Positions 12,701 to 26,626 of a DNA stretch of 64,000 nt are shown piece by piece. Position numbers and translations under genes: made by a program. The notes beneath the pieces are model-generated. The model saw nothing but the letters and a program-made list of their open reading frames with translations, ran no database searches and was not told the origin of the DNA. The stretch is from Lytechinus pictus (lineage: Eukaryota). The stretch is taken from positions 5,892,001 through 5,956,000 of the forward strand of contig NC_087246.1 in NCBI RefSeq assembly GCF_037042905.1. Reading direction: 5' to 3'. Position 1 is the stretch's first letter; the number at the start of each line of letters is the position of its first letter.

Positions 12701-15700
12701 ATGCGTTCATAAAGTCAAAATCTGGTCCCGATGCCGCTATTATGCGTCAAAATAATGCAAATAACTCTGGTCCTCCTCCGATTTTACGACCAAATTATGC
12801 TGCTATTAGCCGCATAATTGGGTTTATGAAAGGGGTATTTGAATGATGAGGCCAATTAATCCTTTGAACTCCAAAAGCAGGATAACCGGCTTCACCATGA
12901 TCGCGCATATACCGTAAAAGCCGGAATACCGGCTCCAATTCATGTGATCCAAAAAGCAAGGGTTCTAGTTGTCAGGTGACCATTTAAAAATGATGTTATT
13001 TTAGAGATATTCAGTCGATAACTTCAATTTATAATTTTGTCGCCAAATGGCTGTCATTTGTAAGGTTTTAGCATGAAAAATGACTGAAATATACCACCCT
13101 ACCAAGGAGGCTCATGCAATAATATACGGCGAGTCTTATGCAGACTGTGTGTAAGCTATTGATGAATTTTACTTCCGTTAAAGCAGTGATTTTTTTAAGA
13201 TTATCTTTAATAGTACAGGAAGCTTCACAACATCAACCGGGCCAGGCTGGGTACTCGCGGAGTAACGTGCCGCTGGCATGGCTGGGCTCGAATCATGAGA
13301 ATAGGAGAGATCATTTATTTCAAATGTCATACTCATACATATATATTCATTCACTTTGCTGATAAGCTTGATATCTGCAAATATTCAGGGTGAGGGTCAC
13401 AACCATCCCAAATACATGTAATTCAGGGTATTTTCAGACTGACTTGATCACCAAAATACCTATATATTTATTTAGTGAGAACTTGTTAAGGCCTCAAAAT
13501 ACCCAATAATTATTTTCTGTATTCATGCCCTCTTGAATTGGACCCTTTCAGGGTAAGTTCCCAAAGTTATTATGAGCATGTGCAGTATGGTCTGAGTAGC
13601 AGCCTTAGATTTATTTGATTAAGCCCTAAATTATACTGAATAATGAATGAGTCCAGAGTGCCATTCTCTTTCCCTTGCAAACCCGATGAAATACAAATCA
13701 TTAAGTTTTTTGGTTTGTTTTTGTTTTTAGGAAGAGTTAGGTTTATTGGAATGATGTGAGCGCAGTAGATGTCACGGGCTAGTTCAAGCAGACTATCATT
13801 TTTGTTTTTTTCCCTGATGTTGCCAAAAGCACATAAAATACCTGTATCCATGAAGGGTTTGGGTAATAGCGAGACGACCTGAGCAGGCTGAGAAGAAAGA
13901 GGTGGAAAATCTCGCTTTCTCCCTGTGGCGTAACCTAAGTCCCCGCAATCAGCGAAACGTAATTAGAGTCATGTGAGCCATGCTTGTGAGGCAGTATCAA
14001 AAATGACCGTTGGGAGATGAGAGAGACGATGATAGACGAGATGGGGATTGGGGTGAGGTAGGGATGCAGAGTTGTAAAGGCTGAGAAGGGAGAAGGGAGA
14101 AGGGAAAGGAAAATGTGGCTTTAATAGTGAGATAGTGTGATATGAAGGAGATGTGGGAAGGGGGAAATGTGGAAAGGAGTAAAGGTCCATGCAAGGACAA
14201 TGGGGGTATAAAAGAGAGCTAGGAAAAGGATAAATTGATTAAAAGGGAGGAAAATTCCAATGGAAGACATGGATGGATGGATATAGTTAAGGAATGTGAT
14301 GAGAGGATGAATAGGCTAGATAAGGGGGAAAGAAGAAGATATAGAGAAAGAGGGGGGGATACTTGCATTGGAGATTAGGAAGAGAGTTGAGCTCATTGAC
14401 CTCCTACTCTTGACCTCACAGCATGGTCTAGTGCAATGCTATGAACCTTGCAAAATAACCCACAACACAGTTTGAGAGCTGGTTCACACAGTAAAGAATA
14501 TGCTTGAATTGAATGATTGTTTTTCTTATAGTCATGACATTTATTTAATCCCTTTATGAAAGGAAATTTGAACTTGTAAGTCTTAAACCTGTGATTCTAT
14601 TTTCCAGTCAAACTTCAACTACGCATTTATTTTTATGCCAGTTTTTCTGACCTGCCAAGGTGAAGAAGTCCTGTATGACGATTCCTGGATTCACATCAAC
14701 CAGTGCTCCCCATGTTCTCTATTGTTCCTATCTGTTATTTTCTCATTTCTACTCACTGCCAAGGTGCAGAGTGAAAGGATTTCAGAGCCTTTTCACACGA
14801 GTGTTTTGTCATTTTCAAGCGTTCATGTCTAGTTCAGGGAGTCCTCTGCAAGTAACAGGAAATCAGAAATACATTCTGAGTTTCAAAACATCATGGAATG
14901 TTTCAATACCTTCTGAAAAGTCATGAAAAATCCACTTTTGAGATATTTTCTAATTATGCTCAATTTTATACAGGTATGTGTACTGTAATAATGTAGGTAT
15001 CGTATAGCAAATTTTTCATGGAGCAGCCCTGAATGCTTGACATGCAGATAAAAATACAACCCTTTATGCTTTGGAAATCAGGGAATTTAAAAATGTGAAA
15101 ATACAGCCTGGTGCTGATATTTAAATGAGAGTGAGATTAAATTGCATTGACGACATCATTTAAACTACATGACTCAGTCAATGTTTCAGAGGTGATTGTA
15201 AAAACAACCCCCAAAATGGGTAGCTAGATTTTGATACATGCTACAGGGGTTCTTTATTAAAAAATCAAATATTTTATTTCATAATTGTAATAACATAATG
15301 TAGCCTTACATGGAAGGTTATCAATATTATAGCTTATTGATTTACATAGATATCAACTTCAAGATTTCTTGAACCTTGGGTTTGAATATTTTTTTTTCTA
15401 TTTTGTTCAGTAATTAATTTTATTCCACTAATTCAATAGTACTTGCTGTGTTGGCTTGGTGAATTTGAACGTGGAAAATTATGATTTGAAGCTTTGGCCT
15501 TGGGCAAATAATGATGCTCTGTAATATTGAAATGCTGTGTTCACGTTGGGTCATGAGAATGGTGCTTAAACAATTGTGTGGAAGCTCTATATGATGGTTC
15601 TAGAGGACATAATGAAATAAAGGGGTCATATGAATTACTGGACTGCGGACTATAGTTCCAACTTCAGTGGTTACAGTAATTTACTCTGGAATTCGGTCGT

Positions 15701-18700
15701 TATTTTCTGATTGGAGGAAATCAGAGTAGGGTCAGTCATAGATCTGGAAGTACTGTTTTTGATTTGCTCAACCTGTGAGGGGACTGAACTTTTAGAAGGA
15801 TACTTTATAAAGGAGGGAAATATAGAGTATGGAATTATGGGACAATAAAAGACAACCCCATTTTATGTCTTGCAGATCAAAGAGAAAGAAAACTTTGTGC
15901 TGTTGACCAGATTTATAACTATTTTCAATTTTAATCGCCTGAATATAAATTACACATATTCTTACCCATGAGTTTGTGAAGAGAACAATACGGTCTGTGT
16001 TAATCGATCATAATAAACTTTGGTATCAAGCACAAATTGGTTAAACTCTGTACAGTGTATGTAGGTAATGTGATGTGATTTCAAAATGCTCTTTTCCCAT
16101 TCCTACCTGGGTTTTTTTTATATCCCTTTATTTTCTAATTTCAATCTGAGCTGTAAACATTCATTGGCTAACTAATCACAGCAGTCCACATTTATTATTA
16201 CTTGTATTATACAAGCTTGTAGGTATGAAAATATTACATTGTCTTCATTAATTAATGAAACTAGATTTTTCAAATAGATTATATTTCAGATAATAAATTC
16301 AAGAAAAAAAGCAATGTTTTTATTTCATTGGCATACAACTCTCATTTATTTGCATCAACATGACTAAAGAAAAAAATATTTTAAAAATATTTATTAACTC
16401 TGATTCTGTTTTAACAGTCTATTTGACAAACTAACCCCTTTAATTTGAACAAATTGAACAAACTAAGAGTCCAAATCTCTGGTGTGAAAGAGCTGTAGGT
16501 AAGCACCTAGCTATCCTCTTGAATGGGAAGAAAGTTAAAAAGATCACCCGCCATCTGTTGCTAAGTGTCAGGTGATGAAATTTAAAACAAGAGGGAATGT
16601 GAACGCTAAAAAATTCAGGGAACCCACAAATATTCTAACATCACGTTCAGGTTCAGTTTTTGTGTTTGATTCCAGTGATGATTAAAGGTAAAGATTAATC
16701 AAGGTTGCCCTCTTGAAAACTTTTAGATAATTATAATCGTATATCTGCCTTTTTTATTGTAATGTTTTATGATTTTATGCTTTTTCATCATGCTAATCAT
16801 TTGTAAATATTGTGATTGTTATGATTTATTTCAATAAAAACTTAAATAAAAAAATTAAAAAAATAAATAAAAAAATTAAAAAAAAGGTTGTCTTTTTGGT
16901 GAATGAAACTGCAGTATAAAGAAATGAATAGATACCAATCTACATGTAGCCTTTCTTTCTTTCTGATTTTTATTTGTTCACAAATAACCGCTTCTCATAC
17001 TTTTTCTGTGTGTTGACAATGCTACATAAATGCATGTTGGTTTATTTTGATGGGTTAAACGTTCTTCATCTCTTATTCTCTCTCTCTCCCTCTCTCTCCC
17101 TCTGTATGTAGCCCGGAGGAGAATCCTCTAGTGTTTGTAATGGAATTTGAAGTGCTGAACGACACAGCCACGCACCGTGTCATCAACTGGAGAGTGGATT
17201 GCAATCTCCGTGGTGATGCCAGGGCTTCCCGCTTCAGCACAAGCATCACCGTTGTCTCTGATAACTGGATACAAGCTATAGTGCCTATACCACAGGTACG
17301 GAATTTATTCAGATTGTCAAGCACCAGGGGAGCATTTCAGGAAAGGACTTATTGGACCCTTTATCTGAGAAGTCCTGTTTTATCCGACAGTTACCATAGT
17401 AACAGTGCTTCTCAGCCAATCAAAATCAAGGAAAGATGTCAGATTTGAGAACTTGGCAGGCAAACATTCTGATGAAATACTCCCAAAGAGTGTGCATACA
17501 AACAATTATTGTTCCTGTTAATATTATTATTATCATCATTATTATTATTATTATCATAATTATTATTATTGTTGTTGTTATTATTGTTATTATCATTATT
17601 ATTGATATAATTTTCCTTTTTTGGGGGGGGATCCATGTTTATTGGTGTTAATTGGAACTGGAAAGAAAAAATTACTTTTCCACATAATCCACCCCCCTTG
17701 CCCAAAACGCAACAAATAAATAAGTAGAATTTATTTGCATACGGCCATGCGTTTTGAGTTGGGCCCATTTCCGTTACAACTCAAAAAATCGCACCATTTT
17801 ATACGATTGTATTTTTTTCTTATGTTTGACATCCTATACCCGTAAAAGAATATATATTCTGAAAGGAAATTGTCTGAGGAATTCAAAAATGCAATCAGAA
17901 AAGGCATAGGGTAATGTCATAAAAAGTTATAGGTCAAAATATGTGAAAAACTGTGAAAAAAATGTACTTCCCAATAAATCTGAGAATCAGATAGACTTTA
18001 CACCCTATAGGGAAATAACATGTATATTTCAACTCTTTAGAGTGAGACCTTTCCAGTGATACATAAACTTGTTAGGGATAACTCTACCAAAATAATTGGG
18101 CGCGATCATCTTGTAAGACCAAATTTCACATCACAATTTTTCGGGAAAATATGTATCAATGCTTGATTTACCCCTAAAATATTATGTAGTCTTGCCTTTA
18201 GTTGCATAAATACACTTGCAAACACTAACCAGTATATTATAATATATTTACTGTGGTTATTATGAATAAAAAAATGTTTTAATTTGATACCTCTTGGCTC
18301 AAAGACCGGTGGACCACAGGTTGACAACTGAGAGTCAGGTTTAACATACAAAAATATAGGGAAAATGTGAATGCACAATGAAAAGTTCTCATTACTGCTT
18401 TAGCTTATTTTCACTTAGTGTGAACAAAAACAACTGACATGTTATAAATAAATCCATACACCTGGCAAAAAATACTATATGTTATTTTATAGTGTTATAT
18501 TTTAAATATATCCTCTTGCTCGACTTTCTGCAGGACAATTGAATCAATTGAATCAAATGGGCCAATTGAATTTTAATGCACAAAACACATTGTATGGGTA
18601 CAATTGTCTCTGTTTAGTGTAATCTTTGTACCAGTTTCATTCTCAAGTAGTTTTTTGATAATTTGGAAAAATATTCTCTGAACACTTTTGTGCCAGCCAA

Positions 18701-21700
18701 ATATGTGTCATCTACTGATTCACAGACGCAGTGTGAATTAAGAAAAAAAAAGTGAATAGCATCAGATGAGGGCTTTATTGCTACAAACAAGTTTTCATTA
18801 ATTAAAATTACATAAAAGGTGTATTTTCTATCTGTTATGTTACCAGAATAATCTGAAGATTTGGACACATCAAAGTTATCACTGTCAGTATACGCTGTCA
18901 AAATTGAAACCATGAGGTCATAAACAATAGATTGATTTATCTCTGAAGATTTTAATTAGTTTGTCAAATTGTGCTTTTCTTTTTGAGATTTTTGCAGCTT
19001 CTAAATTTTATTGAAGGTAGAACCCACAACTATATTTTACCTCTCCTCATTTCCTATACATCAGACAGCCACAATTTTAATCATGTAAATTTCATGATTT
19101 ACATCAATTAATTATACTAATAAGCTTAATTAGGTATCCTTTAAACTTAAAAGTTCAAATTTGGCCCACTTATGATTTAAGAATAAGCCAGTGAGCCCCA
19201 AAACTATTACATATTTAGGTACTGTGATGTTACACATTTAGTTTCTTAATGAAATGAAAATTTATGCTCCCCTCGTCATGCTCCCCTCGTCTACCACCAT
19301 GCAAAAATGGCCAATTGATGTTACATAATTGCTAATTACTGGTAAATGAAGTAATCTCAAGTATTTCTTTTTCTTTCAAGTAATTGGTATAAAGATTCCC
19401 TTTAATATGATACCAAATATACCCATGTAGCACATGTATTTCAAGTTTTATACCATTAATTATTACTGTGCTTGTCGTGCAAATGTAATGTAACGATACC
19501 ACCTATTTGCGGGCCCAACATAAAACGCATGGCCATACTGAAAACATTAGAATCCATCATTGTATTTGTAAAAGCTTTAGTTGTACGTGAAGTTCAAGTA
19601 TGATTTTGCTTGAGCATTGGAATCAGTGGTTTAGGAGGTTTTCTTGAATTTATATTTTTTCTCTCCCTCTCTCTATTCATCTCTCCTTAACCTGTTCTAC
19701 CACTCCAACTTTTACCCCTCTTCCTTATTCCCTTCCCATCCCTCCACTCTGTTGTCTCCCCCCATCTCTTTCCATCCCTCCTACCCCTCTCTCCTCCTTC
19801 CCTACCCCCATGTCCATCCCTTCTATCTTCCCTTTGCCCCCCCCCATCTCTCTGATTTTTCCCTGGTGTCTCAGGGGCAGAGTATTATAAACACTGCTCT
19901 GCTCACAGGTCAAGAGGTGACTGTGACCCTTGACATCAAGGTCGTGACCTTTCTGGGTCATGTCATGGATGCTGCAGGCCATGCCAGATGTCGAAGTGCA
20001 GATACAGATATTCTGAAGGTGTGGATCAACTTTTAATCTGTCATGGACACAATTAGGTCTATTTACATGTTTGTATATGACTGCTCTTGAGTCTTGATTT
20101 ACTTTGGATAAAAGAGAAACATCTTAAATGTATATGAGTTAGCTAATTTATTTGATTTTGATTTATATGCTATTGCTATTATTGCACTACAAATTAAGTG
20201 CTCATAAAATCTTCCGAGATTTTTCAAAATTTTCCAAAAAGCACAGAAACCTGGACACTTTTAGATGATATTGCCCCAGGTATTCATATCCATGTTTGTT
20301 GCCTTTCACTCTTAAAGATAAATTCCAGTTTTGGTAACGATCTAAAAATGACTTTTTACAGAATCTAATATAATGACCACCTAAGTGTCTGTTTGTATGA
20401 ATAAAAAATATGTGCCAAAGGATTCTGGAAGAAATTGTGTAATTGCTGAGAAATAAGCAAAATAAGCGCGGATTCGGTCACTTCCGTCGGGTCTTTATTT
20501 TAGCAATAATAATACACTGTCCCACGTGTGCCTATCTGTGTTGGTGATCTTCAGCGTGAACATTTTTCAGCGTAGATTTCAAGATTTCACAAAGTTCAGT
20601 TTATGTAACTGTACCAGATCTAGATCCTCAATGATATACTGACAATTAAGCCTTGTTTTACAGACTTTCTCATGAAATCAGTGTTTACTGCAAATACTGG
20701 AATTTCTCTTTAATTACTTTCTGCAGGATTTAATAAATTTGTTATCTTGCAGTTGAGATGAAGAACTTGAGTACACAGTTTATTAAATTGCTTTTGCAAT
20801 TTACTGCATTGACAATCTTACAGGTATCCATGTATTTCAGTTTATAACATGTTAAATAGAAGAACAAAGAATGTGGAAAATTTGAGTAAAATTGATTTGT
20901 TCCATTTATTTTTGGTAATGCTGTTATAATTTGGTATATTATGACCAGGTCCGCCGTAGCTGTGCTAACGTGTATGTAGATGGGACAGAGACTTCTGGTT
21001 CACAGAGCACGAGTGTGCAGGTGAGCTTACAGGGTCATCAAGCAACCATCATCTTCAGCGTCTGGGTACCAGAACTGCCTCTGAGATTGGATATCTCTGA
21101 CAGTAAGCTCAGTACTATCAGAGGATGGAAAGTTGCAGGAGGGAGACAGGATGGGTAAGTATCTCTCCCCCTTCCCCCCCCCCAACACCCAGCATTTCAA
21201 CCCAGCCTTCCCCTTGTGCATCTCAGGCTGTGGCTGAATGTGCCTCCCCTGCTTTGGCCCTGTGTGTATAGTGCTACTCAAACATGGGATGAGAGCTTTA
21301 CAGATTTGAATTTAAAAGACAAACTAGGTCAAATAGGGATAGCTTATATAGATTAATGCAATACCCACTCTGTCCTGACGAGTGTTCTTGATGACCTAGA
21401 ATGGCTCAATGGTAAATTTGATACGACTTTCTTCCTAAACTTCAGAAAGTTATAAAAGATAAGGACTCTGCCAGTTAACTATAATTGTAACTACAATATA
21501 CAGTAAAACTTTGGGCTGGGTGATAAGGGCATGACTAAAATTTGGGTAGTATGATTGATCAAATTGATTATGCTCATGAATATTCATGTTTCATATGAGA
21601 AAGGTCGCCCTACTCTCATATTGGGTAAATTGAACCAGTGAGTCTGGATATAAAGCTGGACCTAATATCAAAAGATCTGCCTTAGGTTATGATGTTGGAT

Positions 21701-24700
21701 TTAATTTTGTGAATCACAACCAGGGCCATGACTGTAACACTGGCATTTCCTGTATAAAATAGTTAGAATCAATTCTAAGTAATGATTGTATTTATTCACA
21801 AGGCCCGTAATAATAATTTTCTGGGTGTAATTGTATGAATTGAAAAGACAATTTAATTTACAACATGTGTCTGATTTTTCTTCCTCGCTTATCCATCATT
21901 TAGAGGAATTCTAGAACCAGAGAAGATGTTGAATGGAGATGGGGAGACGAGTAAAAAGAATACATGCCACCTCAGATACCAACAAGCCAAGATTAGTGTC
22001 TATACAAGGTTTTATGCACCCAATGCAAACTCTGGTAAGTCAATACCTCAAGTTAGCTTATAAGCAGAAAATGAAGACAACATTAGTAAAATTCAGATTA
22101 AGGCACTTTAACTCAAAAGATAGAATTTTGGTACAGGCCTGAAGTATTAATTGCATTTGTAAAAGTGGCTGTGAGACCTTAAAGCCATTTACTATTTTGC
22201 TGAATGTTAAATATCAATTTAAGTGAAAAATGTATGTGCAATATGTGTAATGTGTAAGTATAAATGTACAACGTCCTTCTTTTGACAGTATCCCGACCTG
22301 ATGGAAAGAGGATTTACCTATTTGGAGAGGATATGGAACAGTCCATTACTCATCTTGTGAAGAATCAAATCAAGGTTGCGGATCGTTCCATTGCCAGAAT
22401 AGAGGGAACAAAGATCATTGCCAAGTCTCCTGGAAACACACAAATTGAGGTAAATTATTAAGTTTGTTGATTGATACAGAAATTAAATGAATGCAATTTT
22501 TGCCACCCCTTTACCAACAACAAGATTGGCATAACATACAAAACTGCTTTGCTGAATAGGTTATCCTTGACAGGGGGTGAATTAAATAAATGATGTAGGT
22601 ACCTATTGGCCCATAGTAACAAAGGTTGTTTTGAATCCCTGGATTCTGCAGATTTCATGCATTAACTATGCTCAATTTACCATATATATTTAAGAAGCAT
22701 CTAAAAATGGACACGTGTTTTTATCACTGTGGACTTCATCAATACTTGTTACTAAGATAAAGTGCATTAATGAGTCAAATTTTCATGTTCAAAACCACTT
22801 TTGTGAATGTGGGCTATACTATTTCATAGGTGGTTGGCAGGGGCAGTTTGTTTTGGGGTCATTGGTAAGTCTGTTTTTTCTTGCGATAACTGATAACCGT
22901 TTGACGAATAAACTTTAAAACCTAGCCCCAGTATGCATATTGGAGTGACAATGATCTGATAAGTTTTTTGGGTATCAAGGTAAAAAATCAGAGGTCATTA
23001 TTTACCCGGAAATATGTTGTCGTTATTCCGCTAACTACATGTAACTGTTTCAGCGTTCCAACTTCAAAGTTTGCTAATGTGTGCATATGGGAGTCTGATT
23101 AGATTTTAGGGTCAAGGACAAAGTTGTAGGACCACATGTTATTATATACCTGAAAATATCCTGTTCTCATGATAATAGAAGAACTAGCTTGATTTCATAT
23201 TCATCTTTGAAGGATAAGCTTGATTTGATAGACTTGTTACGTTTTAAATATTACTCATCACAACTAGTTTGGCATTAAACCTTTGATATATAATGTTCTA
23301 AATGCAGGTGACGAACCCAAGAACGAAAGAGATCCTTGGTGAATCTCCTCTAATGGTGGCAGCAGACAAGGTCAATATCGCAAACATGAGGGTCACCCTG
23401 GTATCTGGTATGACCCTTGATGTTCATGATGTAATAGGTCAAGGTTCAAAAGTCAAAATGGCAAGCATCACTGCATTGAATGACCTCTTTGTTGAACATC
23501 AGGTAAGGAAAATCAAGATTTGGAAATAATTGACTAGTTTATCCCATTCTTTGTAAATAAGCTTTTCATGAAACAATGAAAATCTTAAGAATGTCCCAGG
23601 GTTTTATGTTTTTCTGTAATTCGATAACAAACATAGTTTTTAATTTTTCTTTGTTTTCCAAGTCTATGAATTACAAGTGTTAATTTTTTGTTTCTTTTAA
23701 TTTTTTTTTATGGGGGGGGGGTTGGAGGTAGGATTTACTTTTGTTTTTAAAAGGTTGGTTTATTGTATTCTAAAAGATATTGTACTTATGGTACTTTTTA
23801 TCAAATATTGATTGTTTGGAATTACTGGTCAAAAAAAGTTATTAATCATCTTCTTGATGTCGCAAAATGTAGGGTAACAATTGACTGCATACTTCCGCAC
23901 AATTTGAAGCTAGATGTCTGTGTATCAGAATTTGAATGGTCAATGTATGTGTGATTTGTTTTTTTTTTTATCAAAGAAAGGGATAGCTTTAAATGAAACC
24001 ACTTCATTTTGTCTAATCTAATAAGTCCAATCTTTAATATTGTATAGTCCGTTTTTATTCATGCTATAATATTTTCTTTATTGTTGGTTTTTAGGAAGCT
24101 GTCTTGGATGCAGTTATGATATTTGATGATGGAACAAACCTGGCACTTCAGGATGTTGATGTTAATGATTACACTGTTGCTATAACAACCCTGGATCCAC
24201 ATATTATCCTGGAAAGTCCAGATTCCATGCAGGTAAGAAGATAATTCCATTAACTCTATCAATCATGACAAGTAGACCTAGAAAGAAAAGAGGAAGACGA
24301 AAAGAGAAAGTGGGTGATTTGAGATTACATAATATCACCAATAGTTTGCTGTATTTCCAGTGGATAAATGGTCTTTGTTGCTGTGACTTCAAACTCTAAA
24401 AGTACATGTATAGCCATTTAATCCTTTGTGTATGATATAGTGGACTCCACTCCAAACCAAATAAGTAACATTGAAAATGAGGACATTGATATTAGAAAAT
24501 ATTTCGTTCTCTCTCGAAAATCATCTTCTGTTTTTGTATCTGACAGATCTGTATGTTTTTGTGTATACCTTTACAGGCATATCCTGGTTTAATCGCCATG
24601 GGAGAGGGCAGCACATCTATCATGTTAGAGATTTCTCTACCAAAACCATGCATGAAGCGTCGTCGTAGCAATGCTATCGTCTATGACCTGATCCCTGTCA

Positions 24701-25770
24701 ATGTGACCTTCAATAATCCCAAGTACACAGGCCTGATTAATAATGATGCTACCTCTTTACCAACTGGCACAAACAGCCTGTGGAGGAGTCTAACCAGAGT
24801 GCCAGGAACGGTGGATTATGGGATTGTCAGGGTGAACTTTGACCTTATGGATACTGGAAAGAAAGATTCAAGTGTTATTTCTTCAATTCCGCTGGACGTT
24901 GACTTTAGTAACATATATCCCATGGGACCGGGTGCACACCAAAATGATGAGACAGAATCCTCGACGGTAGCTCCTTTTGATGGGGAAAGTAATGGATCAA
25001 GCAGTGATGATGATCCATTGTCAGGCATTGAAATTGGGATGTATGTCCTGCTTAGTGTTTTTAGTTTAGCCATTCTAGCCTTCATGGTGAACTGTGTGAT
25101 GTTCATGGCAAAGTACCGAAGGGCCAAGAGGATTCCAAAGACACACCAGTCAGTCCCTTACCCTCAGAACTGGGTCATGTTTGGCATGCAAGAAGAACAT
25201 CCACGCTACCACATGGACCCTGCTGAGAACATCCCTCTAAGACTCAAGGATGAAGAGGAAGGGAGTAGCCGTGATGAAGCTATTGGCACAGAAAGTGAGG
25301 TCAGCATTGAAAGACACAGCTCGGAGGAGGGTCGAAGGATATGTAGCCATGGTATTGAAGAGACATCGTTAATGCAAGTCCCTCAAGAGCATCGCGCCAG
25401 CAACGAGTCGCAGGATGTCGATTGTGGTGTGGTGATGGATGGTGATGATAATGAGGATGGGTCATTAGAGGGACTTGAAGAGCCATCACAACATGCAGAG
25501 GAGTCATCTTCATCTTCAACAAGTAGTGAAAATAAAAATGCCAGCAGTGATACAAATCTGGTCACTGAAAAAGCTCAAGACAATGATGTAGAATCAATAC
25601 CAGAGGACACATCACCATCATTAAACACCAACCAGTCTAACAGTTCTTGTGATGTTAGACTAACTCTGAATCCATCAGATGACAGCATGCAGCTGAAATC
25701 AGGACTTGAAGGAATGGAGTTCAGTCAAATCTTGAACTATCTTGATAATTTGAAAGAGAGTTGCACGTAG
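9732..25770 (+). CDS. TMEM132: TMEM132-family single-pass membrane protein, 5'-partial; join(9732..9881,17112..17295,19875..20018,20949..21154,21904..22034,22289..22449,23308..23502,24095..24232,24577..25770)
   Basis: All nine exons have AG/GT borders and join in phase (2,2,0,0,2,1,0,0,0) into one open frame. Family motifs: (R)AKAREG, IINTALLTG, CRSADTDILKV, CANVYVDGTE, VWVPELPLRLDISDSKLSTIRGWKV, CHLRYQQAKISVYTRF, TM helix IEIGMYVLLSVFSLAILAFMVNC, NWVMFG, C-terminal LNYLDNLKE. The signal-peptide and N-terminal exons were not found in 1-9731. Confidence 0.93.
9949..10837. mobile_element. Two nested Harbinger-like MITEs of one family (outer 9949-10837 reversed, inner 10386-10820)
   Basis: Outer TTA-GACCCCCACTCTCAT...ATGAGAACAGGGTC-TAA; inner TAA-GACCCCGTTCTCATTACAC...GAGAACGGTGTTC-TAG; the outer body is a diverged reverse complement of the inner body. 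Confidence 0.8.
10956..11399. mobile_element. MITE, Harbinger-like
   Basis: TIRs GGTGGTTTCAAACCGCCTC / GAGGCGATCTGAAACCACC. Confidence 0.7.
11444..11815. mobile_element. Internally deleted, older copy of the 3864-4768 Harbinger element
   Basis: Both ends align with 3864-4135 and 4635-4768, with many CpG to TpG/CpA changes. Confidence 0.8.
12471..12838. mobile_element. MITE
   Basis: Perfect TIRs ATACCCCTTTCATAAACCCA / TGGGTTTATGAAAGGGGTAT; CpG-rich interior. Confidence 0.8.
16708..16883 (+). mobile_element. Short 5'-truncated retroposed insertion with A-rich tail
   Basis: AATAAA at about 16833, A-rich tail, flanked by direct repeat AAGGTTG (16701-16707 and 16884-16890). Confidence 0.5.
17505..17610. 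repeat. (ATT)n/(GTT)n compound microsatellite
   Basis: Seen directly; it creates the spurious poly-Ile and poly-Asn ORFs. Confidence 0.9.
17740..19537. mobile_element. 1.8-kb non-autonomous DNA transposon with TA-flanked TIRs
   Basis: TACGGCCATGCGTTTTGAGTTGGGCCC ... GGGCCCAACATAAAACGCATGGCCATA; AT-rich non-coding interior. Confidence 0.75.
20312..20712. mobile_element. Kolobok-like MITE (TTAA target site, AG..CT ends)
   Basis: TTAA-AGATAAATTCCAGT ... ACTGGAATTTCTCT-TTAA; decayed relative at about 26627-26984. Confidence 0.75.
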
Positions 25771-26626
25771 CGGTTGTGTACGTGGTAATGCCCACATAAC
25801 TACAAATGATGATGTCCTCATACAACCTTGTCATTTATGTTTATTATGAAAGCAAGAAATGTTTGAAAAGCACAACTCATTAGATGAGACTGAATTAAAG
25901 TTATGAATATAGTACACTGCTCTTTGTAGAAATCACCACTGGATATGTTATTTTTGGTATTATAGTAATGAAACTCACAAAGTCAGTAATGAATTGATCT
26001 AAGTTGCATTGAATGTGGAAAATATTTCATGTCTCTTCCCATTACAGGTAATAGATGGCCATTGGATTAGAATTGCATTTCCTGCCAAAAGCATTAATTA
26101 TGTACAACTTAGTATTTTTTAAAACAAATTTTATTGAAACGAAATAACCTTGCCAAAAAAATCAATTCACATGAAGTATGTAAATATGTTATGAATTATG
26201 TAACATAAGTAGAAAAGCCCAAAAGAGAAAGGAGAATGTAAAACAAATAAATTTGTATTCAATGCTTGTGAAATTATGATAAAATACTCAAAGAGACGGG
26301 ACAAGATGTTTGTCCAAGGTGAGAAGCACTTGTCCAATAAGTCATAAATATTTCAAGTTACTCACTTACTGGTAGGCTTTGTTCTTTGTATGCACAAAAC
26401 ATTGTTGTACCTAAAGATAAAATTTAGGGTATTAATATCTTTAAAAAAATGAAAAATGAGACATGTGTTATGCAAGAATGGCATATTATTGCATGGTGTC
26501 ATTCCTCACACAAAGCAGCTTCATTTGTTACACCCTCACTCGATCACTTTGCCACCTCTCAATACGCAAACGACAAATTTGTTCTTGCCCATCTCTGGAC
26601 TCCTCTTTTACATTTGAAACTATTAT

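Noticed and set aside
13990..14390. Purine-rich tract ORFs (also 31190-31340 and pyrimidine-rich 57600-58120)
   Set aside because: Low-complexity sequence with no coding signature.
17436..17768. Poly-Ile and poly-Asn ORFs
   Set aside because: Products of an (ATT)n microsatellite in an intron.
24816..25565. Antisense ORFs over the TMEM132 last exon (and similar ones over SHPK and FAS1 exons)
   Set aside because: Shadow frames of real coding exons with no independent evidence.
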